A stretch of 63,991 nucleotides of DNA, the filler included, from Octopus bimaculoides (taxonomy: Eukaryota), in the NCBI RefSeq assembly GCF_001194135.2. It is 4 parts of 4 records of this genome, joined end to end, with 100 filler letters (N's around TTAATTAATTAA, not from the genome) between each part and the next. Parts side by side here need not be neighbours in the genome. Positions count along the whole stretch, not along the records: positions 19,553 to 44,010 come from NC_068985.1; 3 more parts are not named here. The stretch is one strand, 5' to 3'. The first letter of the stretch is position 1, and the number at the start of each line of letters is the position of its first letter. Positions 24,145 through 36,478 of this stretch are shown here, piece after piece. A program made the position numbers and the translations under genes. Below the pieces are notes generated by a model that saw nothing but the letters and a program-made list of their open reading frames with translations, searched no databases and was not told where the DNA came from.

Positions 24145-26960
24145 TCTATAATATAAATACTATTCTGTGTGTGTGTCTGTGTATAACGGCCTTATTTTTG
24201 AACTGGTTTTCTCCAAACTGAGAACATACATTGTTTATGTTCCAAGGATACTATTAGACTCTTAAAATGTTTCACATAATGAGTGACGGCCCCAGAAAAC
24301 ACCCGTTCCTGGGTATTTTCTGCCCCCCAGGTTTTGTGGGTTACGTGGAGAGGCGCAGTAACGCTTTGCGAAGTAAATTTGAGAAATTGATTGTCTCCTT
24401 TACATTCATTGGTCTGAAATAAAATATTGCGCTTTATATTAGATTCACATCTTTGAAAATTTTTTTAGATATTTACTTCCAGTTTTCTAGCTTCAGTGAC
24501 GTCGACATCACTCTATCTATATCTCTCTATCCATCTCTCACTAGCTATTTCTTCCTCTCTATATCTCTCTATCTATATCTCTTTATCCGTCTCTATCTCT
24601 GTATCTATCTATCTCTCCGTATCTATATCTATCTATCTCTATCTATTTTATTTATCTAACTAACTCTCTCTCCCATCTCTTTATATCTCACTCACTCTCT
24701 ATTGTTTTCACTGTAAGCTTTCAAACGCTATTTACAAACAACAAAAATAAATTACTGACTGAAAGAAGTTCACAGTTACTGATGAAAGTAATTTCATACA
24801 TAAATTACTGACAGAAGTACCTTCATAAATTTCACTTCAATCCGTACACTTCGTTAAATTTGCCTACACGTTTCTTATTTACTTTTGCAAAGTTTTGTGT
24901 TTTTTCTGTTTTTGACGGAATTACTGATAAAAGTAAGTTCAAAATTTACTGACAGAAGTAACTTTAAAAATTTCACTTAAATCCGTACACTTAGTTAATT
25001 TCCCTAGAAATTACTTTTGCAACGGTTTTATTTTTTCTGTTGTGTATGGCGTTTTTGTTGTTCCTTCGATACTGGCTTTTTGGTTCACTGACAAATTTCG
25101 CTTCAACCCGTGCAATTCTTTATTTTCCGTAAAAAATTGTTGTTTACTTTCTGCCCGTCGTATTAAGAAATATAATTTTCGTTACCCAGTTATTTTCATT
25201 ATTTTCTATCCTCTTCACCCGTGTATTTCTGTATACGTATATAGCCATGCCTAAAAGGAAAATGTCAAATTTGTCTAAAATGTCAAGGTCAGCCAAAAGA
25301 ATTTCTCTGTCGAGAGAAAGAAGAACAGCTGTAGAAAGGAAAGCATACCAAGAAAGAAAAAGACTGTGCACTACAAAAGCCAGAGCATCTCAAAGTGATG
25401 AACAGATATATGCACAGTTGACAAAGAATACAATCTCCACTGCGGAAAGAAGAGCAGTTGTAACAGCACAGAGAAGAAGCTTCTATGAACCAGCTTTCAA
25501 TTATGATCCAGCAGTTTATTATGCAGATGACACTAGAGTTACCATTGGTGCAACGACAAATGAGTACATATATTGTAAAGCAAGGAAGTGGTCTGGAGAG
25601 ACATCTGCAATGTGCTGCAGTGGTGGAAAGTTTAGATTCCCTGCAATCCACCAACCTCCAGAACCATTGAAGAAAGTGTTGTCATCAACTGATCAAGATG
25701 CCAAGCGTTTCCAAAACAAAATTAGACAATACAATTCTGCACAACAGATGGCATCATTTGGAGCCACACGAGATATAACTGAGCCAGGATTTATGCAAAG
25801 TTTCAAGTTCTAAGGTCAGATTTATCATCGGATTGGCTCTCTACTACATCTGTCAAAGGAATCACCAAAATCTGCTTTTCATTGTTTATAATCTGTACCT
25901 GATTTTTGGTTACGAAATAAGCTACACAAAACGTGTTTTTGAATCACGTGTATTTACTTTATCTATAATATAAATTGCAGTGTTCTTNNNNNNNNNNNNN
26001 NNNNNNNNNNNNNNNNNNNNNNNNNNNNNNNNNNNNNNNNNNNNNNNNNNNNNNNNNNNNNNNNNNNNNNNNNNNNNNNNNNNNNNNNNNNNNNNNNNNN
26101 NNNNNNNNNNNNNNNNNNNNNNNNNNNNNNNNNNNNNNNNNNNNNNNNNNNNNNNNNNNNNNNNNNNNNNNNNNNNNNNNNNNNNNNNNNNNNNNNNNNN
26201 NNNNNNNNNNNNNNNNNNNNNNNNNNNNNNNNNNNNNNNNNNNNNNNNNNNNNNNNNNNNNNNNNNNNNNNNNNNNNNNNNNNNNNNNNNNNNNNNNNNN
26301 NNNNNNNNNNNNNNNNNNNNNNNNNNNNNNATAAAGATTATTTTTTTCCAAGTAATGTGGCTGGGTTTGTTTTTCGAAAATTTTAATCAGAGGCACAGAA
26401 AAAAAATAATTTCAAGTTTTTGTGCATTAAAAAAAAAAGCCATAGCTTACGCTCTTTCTAATTACTATGTTTTTTTTAACTTCAGTTACAAATGTCTTCA
26501 AACGTCGACATTCAAACAGCTGTTCCATATTGAGACAAATGGACTCTGCACAATTGTATCCATCCGGGAACACGTTTTCAATAATTGAAATTCACAATTC
26601 TAATCAGTGTACATGAACGTCCAACCTATGATTGATCTTGAACAGTTTGGACTAACATTCTTGTGTTGCCAATACAACAACCGTACTACCATATATTTTT
26701 TTCTTTTAAGGCGAGGTTATACCACAAATAAGGTTCCGCGACTACATGGGGCTATGGGTACACACGTGATGTTAGTTTTGCAATATCGACCCGCAAAATC
26801 CTTAGCATCGTATTGTTTTTGGGTTGTTCTTACTTTTTTTTGTTTTGGGAATTTTTGTTTTTTTTATTTTTAGTTCTTTTTATTATTCAAAATATACATA
26901 GGAAATAGCCTTTAACCAAATCCACCACACTGCCCGAGTGAAACCGGGGAAAACAGCTAG
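24145..26960 (+). mobile_element. Helitron (internally deleted, non-autonomous) with both termini
   Basis: A|TC 5' end (TCTATAATATAAAT), 3' CCCG..CGGG hairpin plus CTAG|T at 26957-26961, internal Rep N-terminal ORF. Confidence 0.85.
25247..25870 (+). pseudogene. Helitron Rep/helicase N-terminal fragment (188-aa ORF, then stop)
   Basis: AFNYDP..IG...CKARKW.GE..MCCSGGK..P....PPEPL....F...IRQYNSA.QMASFGA....GFMQSFKF*GQIYHRIGSLL. Confidence 0.88.
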
Positions 26961-26964
26961 TATA

Positions 26965-27152
26965 CATATATGAGTTGAAAAGTTTCTTTTAACATTTCAC
27001 TTGCCTATGTTCCATGCTGTCATGGGTTGAAGATTTATTAATGTAGAAAGTTGGTATCTCAGTAACTTGCAATTGAGACCTACGTAATCTAGACGGCGTT
27101 TTTAAATTTCATTATTCTCTTTAACCCGGACAATGCGGGGTATTTCTGCTAT
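26965..27152 (+). mobile_element. Short Helitron-like 3' end
   Basis: cccggacaatgcggggtatttctgcta, a degenerate hairpin plus CTA(G) terminus. Confidence 0.5.
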
Positions 27153-27848
27153 ATATATATATATATAATTATGTGTATTTCTTCTATCTTAATGAATAAA
27201 AATTCTTCGGATAGAATAAATGGGTTAATAGAAACCAATGCAGCAAAGAACACAAGATAACTGTGGCTTCGTTCCTATATATAAAGGCAGGAACTCCTTG
27301 AAATTTTGGGTATTTGAATATATATAAAAATTTAAGGAATGGAGAAAACGCATGTTATAATTGCATANNNNNNNNNNNNNNNNNNNNNNNNNNNNNNNNN
27401 NNNNNNNNNNNNNNNNNNNNNNNNNNNNNNNNNNNNNNNNNNNNNNNNNNNNNNNNNNNNNNNNNNNCTTAATTTTTTTCTATATATTTTCTGTACATCA
27501 CCTCCAAACCTTCCAATGTATGTATATGTATATGTGTTTGTGTGTATGTGTGTGTGAGGTGTGTGTATTAAGGCTACCATTGGTTTCATGTTAAGAAAAC
27601 TAAAAAAGGCGCCTTAATATCTAAATTTTTCAAGCAGACCACATGGTGTTCTAAAATGGAGACGAACACTATTCTTCCATGTCATCAGCTTGAAAAATTG
27701 TTAAGATACTAAGGTATTTTTCTATTTTTCTTTACATGGAACCAATGTTAGTCTGTATACACAAGTAAAGTAATTCTATCCACGAATGCACAATTGCGTG
27801 CTCATTTTTATCGTTCGATATGTATATATGTATATATATATATACATA

Positions 27849-28138
27849 CCGTTGATAGGCTTGTTGCTGCGGCATTTGTCTTACGATAACATGCCTTATG
27901 CACGTGCTATCTTAAAACACTGTTTTCTATGTCAAAGGGAGAAGAATTACCAGTTTTGTGGCAGGCTGCTACACCCGTCATTGAAAATCTCAAAAACGTA
28001 GAACTGTATCTGGCCTTCTCGGTCGCTGCATCTAGGAGGAAATTTTATCGCTCTCCGAAAATTACTATGTTCTTAACTCAGCAAGTCCATTGGAAATGTT
28101 ATCTGAGATGAATACCGCAGTAAATCACCTATCAACGG
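27849..28138. mobile_element. 290-bp MITE (Tc1/mariner/pogo-type, TA|CCGT ends)
   Basis: CCGTTGATAGG..CTGCGG.ATT left end and its reverse complement at 28111-28138. Confidence 0.72.
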
Positions 28139-28609
28139 TGTATATACATTAAGTATGATACGTACATTGCTATATAAATTTCTTGCGCACTCGAACAACA
28201 TGGAATCCAGTATATTATTGCTACTTTATTTACAGTATCACATTGCTACAAAGAATTGGTGAACAGATATTTCGGTTCGGTTTCGATTTCGTATTTGGAA
28301 GCTTTTAACTTACGTCATTAATGGATCTTTGTACGTAATGCTATGTAGATCACGTCTTCTCGTAAGCCTTTTCCGATTAATCTTCAACCGTATACCTACG
28401 TAAGAAATCATTATTAGTTGAAACGGTATTATTTNNNNNNNNNNNNNNNNNNNNNNNNNNNNNNNNNNNNNNNNNNNNNNNNNNNNNNNNNNNNNNNNNN
28501 NNNNNNNNNNNNNNNNNNNNNNNNNNNNNNNNNNNNNNNNNNNNNNNNNNNNNNNNNNNNNNNNNNNNNNNNNNNNNNNNNNNATATACATAACATATAC
28601 TATATAATG

Positions 28610-28650
<41 letters not shown>

Positions 28651-30531
28651 TATGTGTGTGTATGTATGTATATACATATGCATATATATTGTAGGAGATA
28701 TCGAGGGAGAAAAAAGACATACAAACTTTATTCTGTTCAGAAAAGAAAGGAAAGCAATATTTAAAAAAAGAACAAAAGAAAAACTAAGAGAAAATTTTCG
28801 ATTTATCTACATCTCTCGTGTATTGTATACAAAGCTACTTTTAACTTGGAAAGTGTATTTACCTGTATTTGTTGCTTTACCAGGAGTCACTCAATGCATT
28901 ACTGTATTAGCATCAAATACCACTCTGGAATAATCTACTTAAAATCTAAGCTGAACTAGAAAACAGTGGATTGTGGTAGACAATCTATGTAAATATTTTT
29001 CAAGATACACACAGTAAGTTTTTATTATATTTTCTCTTTCTCTAATACAGAATTTATGGGTCGTAGACAATCTGAAATCTTACTTGTATAAATAATCCAC
29101 AAACAGTACCCGGTTGAGTATTCGGTTTAGAATGCTTAGCAGGCAACATAAGAAAAATTCTTTATAGAATTTTCTTTGGCGCTTTTCCAACTCACAATAT
29201 ATGTGCATTATTTTGGATAGTGCTGTCACGAAAACAATTGTTGCGACTCAATTTTTTTCATTCGTCTGAAAATTTCAGTTTCAATATTCGTTTCCATTTT
29301 TATTGCAAATTGTTGACTGGCAGTGTTTCATGAAAGTGCACCATAATGCATCTGGAGCGGATGCAGTAGAAATGATTTCTTTTATTATTTCTGGTTTCTC
29401 GTATTATTCACAGCACAATATTTTATTGTTTGGCTCTCTTCTTTCAATGAAAATATACCATAGTGGAACTGAAAAGGAAGTATTACTTATGATTTTCCAG
29501 TGCTTTCTGGATCATTGGTAAGCGTTGATGAAATGCAAGTGGTAGAACTGCAAATTCCTCTCCAGTGAAGCGGTCTTAAATCCATCAATTGGATATTTGA
29601 TACGAACATTGCTCAATAACGTTAATCAGTTACACGTCATTGATCATAGCTTCATGTTTAAGATTTAACTTCCTAAGCAAATGTTGTTCAGGTTAAGACA
29701 AGCTACCAAAGTAAGATTTTCATTAAGTTCCCGATTAGTTGTAGTGCAACGGGAAGAGTTAATCGCTTAGTTGCTTTTCTGAACGAAGAGCATATTTTAT
29801 TGTTCCCCATAAAGTGTCATTTAGATGTTTTAGATAACATTTTCCAAAGATCACAAACATCTCTAGACATAGATTTGGATCCACAGTAGAATGAATTGAA
29901 CCCAGAACCCCAAATGCGAAGAATATATTTTGAAGGCATTTGGAACTGTAATATCTAAACTTGCAAACGCAATGTAACCTTGCCTCTAAGTATGACTTCA
30001 AACAAGTAGTGAGAAGAGTTAGTTACTGGGAGACGACATGTAAAGTCGAGACAATGAAACTGAATTGGTTATGTAAATTCGATGGAAAAATCGTGCTCGC
30101 AATTCGTTGCATAACTTTTTACCATAAAATGTTTTTGCATTGACATAATGTCATAATCAAACATTGCCGAATGATACAAAGACGTACGTAAACCAGTGAT
30201 TTCTACAGATGTGATGGAGTGGGTATTTGGTCATATTTTCGAGTTATTTGTCTAATGTATTTACAGAACGACGCTTCTATGTACCAATGAATTATCTTAT
30301 CCTGTCTGTTTCTGTGATTACATATGAAGGAGGTCGTTTATAGATCAATGTCTCATGCAAGATATCCTCCAAAGCATAAAAGATGTTTTACACTTTATAA
30401 CAAGATATATGACAGCTTCTTTTCCTTTCCTTGCAAGAGAGAGAAATCCTTCTGGAGAAGAGAGGGACCAATTAATTACACTGTAACTTTAGAAACATCA
30501 CATACGTAGCGGGGCTCCTGGTAATGTTGGT

Positions 30532-30605
<74 letters not shown>

Positions 30606-31225
30606 GTGCATTACATATTGAAATGTTAAGAAGATGAATAATATCAAATCTTTTTCTTAAGGCAATGTAGGTTTTAATAGGGACTGAATTGATTCAACGA
30701 CAAGGAATATCGAACTGGGTTGGTAACCAAATAAACCTAGTTGTCTTAGTTGTTTTGAATTGCAAGATACCGAGTAATCAACGATGGTGTTTCAATCTTC
30801 CCGGGCTACATTTCAGAGAAATGTTGTCTGTTTTGATTCCCAGAAAATACCTGAATGTTTGTCAGAGTAGACATTTGTCATTGTTCAATGGAATGTGGAT
30901 TCTATTAATAACCGAAATATATGGAACCAAATTCCCACGGAGCTCTCCAGTTATGTAGTAAACGACAATAACCTCGATTCGGTAGGCGTGGATTCTGATG
31001 TTATTGTGTTAATTATACCACCAATCACTCCTTGAAAAGCACGGCATTAGTCACATCAAAGGTGACCCTTTTAAACTCGATTAGGTTGGAAAGCAATGGC
31101 TTTCTTGCTGTAATTGCATGGTGAAACTGACGATGTGGAGCTGTCAGATCCAATTTGCTCTACAGTTCATTGTAGGAGATAAGAGAAAGTTACCCTAAAA
31201 GCAAAACATTAGATCGTTAATGTTG

Positions 31226-31930
31226 GTTTCAAGTTTTGGCACAAAGCCAGCGGTTTCTATTATTATTATTATTATTTATTAGTTTCTTTTTTTGCAGGGT
31301 GGCTAAGTCAATTAAATTGACCACAGTGCTCGGCCGGCGTGCTAACGATTCTGTCAGCTCGTCACATTTCTAGGTCTTTAATTTTAGGAAAAGGATAATT
31401 CCGCCGGGCTCGACTTTGCCTTTCGTCTTTTCGGAATCAAGAAAATGAGTAGCAACTGAGCATTGGGGTCGATTAAATCGACTTGCCACTTCCCAGGCGG
31501 CGAGCTGGCAGAATCGTTAGCACGCCCGGCAAATTGCTTACCAACATTTCGTCCACCTTTACGCTCAGGATTCAAATTACTTCGAGATTGGTTTTGTCTT
31601 TCACCCTTTGGGGCCGATAAAATAAGTACCTCTTCAGCACTGGGATCGATATAACCGACTTGCACCCTTCACCGAAATTTCTGGCCTTGTGCCAAAATTT
31701 GAAATCAACATGACAAAGAGGATAGTAGTAATTTATTGTTTATGAATACTCGATAAGTAAGTATTGTTTACCATATTTTTTATTACCATTTGTGTTAAGG
31801 TGGTAAACTAGCAAAACCATTAGCACGTCTGACAAAGTGCTCAGCATAATTTCTTCCGTTTCTTTACATTCTGAGTTTAAATTATGCTGCGGTCAATTTT
31901 GCCTTTCATCGTTTCAGGTTTCATAAAATA
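31226..31930. mobile_element. Cluster of SINE family A copies (partial minus, partial plus, full plus at 31495-31710, degenerate plus)
   Basis: Repeated family A blocks. Confidence 0.8.
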
Positions 31931-32892
31931 TAACCCTTTCCCAAATTATTAACCCAAATTATTTTCCATTCATTTTTGTGAAATATTAAGAAATAGAAAC
32001 ATCATGTCGTATCAGATGAAGCTATCGTACGTCACATGAAAACGCATCCTCGTACAGTTCTACTATTTCTTCTGTGAATATGTGTGGCTACTTATGTGAT
32101 ACTTAAAGATTTCACTTGTTAATTACATACGAACTTATAGATACAAATGCAAACGCACAACTTCCGTTGATTTCTCTTAATTTTAATCCCAGCCACAATT
32201 TTCTTCTCACGTCACTAATCTATCAAACAACATACATTTGACACACTTCGTACCATTGTTCTCTGCAAACTACAACAGCAATTTCTAGGTATTTGAACTA
32301 CTGACGGAGCTTTTACGTAGTAGTTAGATATTTATCAACTCACTTTATCATTTTGAAAAGGGATAGTGACAATATAGAGTACAATGTAGAGCTACGCCTG
32401 CAAACATGTGACGGTCTGGGCCAAAATGGCTTGTTATCATTGATTTGTACCAACATGATAAACAAGAAAGAAAATGACAATGATCAGTTACTAGGTAATA
32501 CAGATCTAGAAAACAAGAATGCGGATGAATTAACACATAAAAGATAATTCAAAGAGAAATAATAGATATATGCTCCACTTTCTAAACGTATCCCAACTAA
32601 GATCATTTTGAAAATATATAACCAGTCAAAGAGCGGAAAATAAGTTGAGAGCGAATCAATAGATAAACTATCAAAGTTTAAACTTCAGTTATCAATCTGA
32701 TTATCTCTACATTTATAAGATGAGAATTTATCTCATCCTACAAAATTTATCCGTCAAAGAAAATTACATATAAAGATGTTATTAGCTAACGGTTGTCTGT
32801 TATGAAATTACGTTTGTTATTGTGGAATCTATTCAGAAACTTTATACTATACAATAATACAAGATAAAAATGATCAAATTGAAAGAGACGGC

Positions 32893-32938
<46 letters not shown>

Positions 32939-33309
32939 TNNNNNNNNNNNNNNNNNNNNNNNNNNNNNNNNNNNNNNNNNNNNNNNNNNNNNNNNNNNNN
33001 NNNNNNNNNNNNNNNNNNNNNNNNNNNNNNNNNNNNNNNNNNNNNNNNNNNNNNNNNNNNNNNNNNNNNNNNNNNNNNNNNNNNNNNNNNNNNNNNNNNN
33101 NNNNNNNNNNNNNNNNNNNNNNNNNNNNNNNNNNNNNNNNNNNNNNNNNNNNNNNNNNNNNNNNGAGAGAGAGAGAGAGGAAGTGAGGAAGTGAGGAAAT
33201 TCAGTTTCCAAGACACTAGCGATTGATTTACGTAGTTTTATGTTCTTTTAATTCTTGAGAGGCAATATAATCGATAAGCTCAACGCGCCTTGTGCCTATA
33301 ATAGAGAGG

Positions 33310-35400
33310 GTTATTATTGTTGTTGTTATTATCATCATTTTTTACTTTTTTTTTACTTTTAACCCTCGTCTTTGTTACAGTGCCTTGCCGAGACACACCC
33401 GGCGTCCTGGGCCTGAGTGAACTGGCCTTGGTGAATTTATCAAGACCAAATTCCATCCCGATGTTACCACCAAATGCTTTCACAGTACGTAGTAGTCCTT
33501 CAAGCTCATTATCATCTTTGCCATAGAATTTTAAGTCATCCATATAAAATAGATGACTTATTTTCTTGTCACCAATTTTATATCCATACCCTATTTTGTT
33601 AAGTTCAATTGTTAGGGGAATTAGGGCTATGCAGAAAATTAAAGGTGAAAGTGAGTTACCTTGGAAAATGCCGCAGTTGATATTGATATTTTTTGTGGTC
33701 AGTACTCCATTCGATTGGAATAACTGGAGATTCGTATTCCACATTGTCAAGATCCATGAATGTGGTATGACGTCGAAAGAACTGAGATTTCTGCATTTGT
33801 TATGACAGTTCTCAAGTATCTGCAATTGATTAAGAGTTGGTCTTTGCATCCATATGAGCCTTGTCGGCACTCTCTTTATTCAGTGGGGAAAATATCGTTC
33901 TGTTCCATAATTTTGTATCTTTTCTCCACGAAAATGGATGTTAAAATTTTATACGTATCTCTCATTTTATACGTATCTCTCATTTTATACGTATCTCTCA
34001 TTTTATACGTATCTCTCATTTTATACGTATCTCTCATTTTTTCATTGAATAACTGTACTAACCGTTCGTGTGCGCACGGACGCGAAGTGAGTTAGATATT
34101 TGGTACCCTATCATTACCAAGAGATTTCCACTTATGAGCCTTCGTGAGTGCCATCCTTAGGTCTGCTATTGTGATGTCTTCCCACGTTTGATCTGATAAG
34201 TCTAAATAGGATACTTCTGTGCATCTAACCCAGTCAGTACTTTCATTGTCTTTTCATCACTCCAGATATTTTTCCAGAAGTTTTCAACTTATTCCGTGGT
34301 AGGAAGGTCTTCAACGGTTATTTTCTCCTTCGCTATTTCTCTGTAGAATATTTTCGCATTGGATGTGAACAGCTTATTTTGCTTGCAAAATTTATTTCTC
34401 TTCTCAAATTTTCGTATTCTTCGAGCATTTGCTTGGACTTTTTGTTGCAATATTTCTTTTGTTAAAAGCAGTTCTCTTAGTGAGAAATTATGAATTTCTC
34501 TTCATTTTACTTCCTTTCCTGGTTTTTACAGTGTTTCCGCAGTTTAGTTCATTCAATATTGATATTTCACCTCTCATTATTTCAATCTCTTTTTTCTATT
34601 TTACTTTTCCAGTTTGGAATTCTTCTCAGGTTTGTATTTCTTTGTTTTTCAAAGCTATACATGTGGTTTCAATTCTCTTAGCAGCTGCGTAAATAATTTC
34701 ATTTAATTCAGTGAGATCTGGGTCTAGATCTTGTTTACATGGTTTCCAATTTTTATTTCTTTTCTATTTTGGATTGTATTTGAGAGCTTATGAAGTGATT
34801 TTCTATCATGCATATTGGCGTGTCTTACAACTTCAAGCTTATTCAGGATTTTCTGCTTCAGCGCTATCATAAACTCTCTATGTTCTTCAGTAAATGTGTT
34901 GTCTTTAAATATTGTTTTTTTACCACTTTCCGCGCTATCTTTATCAGGTTCATTACAATTTATTTCTCCAAGCGTTTGCGTGTTCTTTCAATTGGAGAAT
35001 CGTGGAGAGTTGCCCTCTTTGTCTGGTTCTTCATTTCTTTTCTGTCTTATATTTAGGTCATCTTCCGCTGCGTGCTTGATCACGGTTATTTCACTATCTG
35101 TGAGTCTTTTATTTCTGAAGATAACCATCCTAACATTTGCTAACTTGTTTTCGTCCAAATATAGTCTGCTGTCTTGATTTCATGTTCTCCATATTTGATA
35201 ACAGTGCGCAGTGTGTTTCTCTTCACAAGGCCTGTCTAAGACGTAGTAATCAGCGTATATTATTTCTGTATACCCTTCTCGGGTTCATTTGATCCTCTTA
35301 CATCCTTTTTTTCTGTAGCGGATGTGGTGATGGATTTGGAGGGCTCGAGTTGGGGCAGTTGCTGTTCAAGTTACCATCCAGGTTCGTATTCAGAGAAGAA
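33310..35400 (-). mobile_element. R4/Dong-clade-like non-LTR retrotransposon, degenerate and internally deleted
   Basis: RT motifs VIPHSWI, GIFQGNSLSPLIFCIALIPL, GYGY..ISHLFYMDDLKFYG, IGMEFGLDK; N-terminal KLANVRMVIFRNKRLTDSEI near 35090-35150. Confidence 0.82.
33947..34040. repeat. Minisatellite, 5 perfect copies of the 18-mer TTTTATACGTATCTCTCA
   Basis: Units start at 33947, 33965, 33983, 34001 and 34019. Confidence 0.97.
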
Positions 35401-35522
35401 TTTGTGCCATTGGATGAATTATTATTATTATTATTATTAAGGCGGAGATTTGGCACAATCACTAGCATGCCGGGCGAAATGCTACGTTCTGAATTCAAAT
35501 TCTGCATTATTATTAACATTAA

Positions 35523-35579
<57 letters not shown>

Positions 35580-36437
35580 GAAAGAGTAGGAAATTAACAG
35601 AATTTTGACTTGTAGTATATTTTTACCGGTTCTTTACATTCTTATCTCAAATCCCACCGAGACTAAGTATTCATCCTTTAGCGATCGATAAAATAAGTCA
35701 CGCACTATTGGGAGATGTGAAAATGTAGGCCTCTCATCTTAAATTTATAGGTATTGTACCTAACTGAAAGACAGTGGGCTGGTAGAATCGTTAAAACGTA
35801 GGTTAAACTGACCTTGTACCGAAATTTGAAGCTAATACTTAATTAATTCTGATGTATTTTGTCTCTGTCATATATAATATATATTCACAACTGGATCAGT
35901 CCCATAGGTTGGTGATTTTCCGCACCCTCTCCTTGTGCAAATTTTCGTATTAATTCTACACACTCAAGCGTTCTTAGCTATAAATTAACCTAAATTAGAT
36001 TCAGTGAGTTACATAATTGCCTATTTATCAGATTTTGGTAATTACTTCAAACTAAATAATAATATCACAATCTTATTAATTATTAATTATTGGAAATTCA
36101 TTCGTATATATATATATATNNNNNNNNNNNNNNNNNNNNNNNNNNNNNNNNNNNNNNNNNNNNNNNNNNNNNNNNNNNNNNNNNNNNNNNNNNNNNNNNN
36201 NNNNNNNNNNNNNNNNNNNNNNNNNNNNNNNNNNNNNNNNNNNNNNNNNNNNNNNNNNNNNNNNNNNNNNNNNNNNNNNNNNNNNNNNNNNNNNNNNNNN
36301 NNNNNNNNNNNNNNNNNNNNNNNNNNNNNNNNNNNNNNNNNNNNNNNNNNNNNNNNNNNNNNNNNNNNNNNNNNNNNNNNNNNNNNNNNNNNNNNNNNNN
36401 NNNNNNNNNNNNNNNNNNNTATATATATATATACATG

Positions 36438-36478
<41 letters not shown>

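Noticed and set aside
29759-30001. GPCR TM7-like stretch (GSIHSTVDPNL)
   Set aside because: There is no DPxxY/NPxxY motif, no upstream TM segments and no supporting splice sites.
30690-31230. BEL/Pao-like protease region (GVDSD...TRLGW)
   Set aside because: Only scattered residues across several stops, with no LTRs or other domains.
32353-32547. Plus-strand exon candidate (RDSDNIEYNVELRL...)
   Set aside because: The acceptor is weak, there is no recognisable homology, and no partner exon has a compatible phase. The same applies to 53447-53548 and 54698-54790.
33947-34040. CRISPR-like repeat array
   Set aside because: The units are contiguous with no spacers, no cas genes are present and the context is eukaryotic.
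35298-35519. Asn/Pro-rich ORF that looks like a gene end
   Set aside because: It is a SINE A fragment plus (AAT)n plus the 5' region of the R4/Dong LINE.
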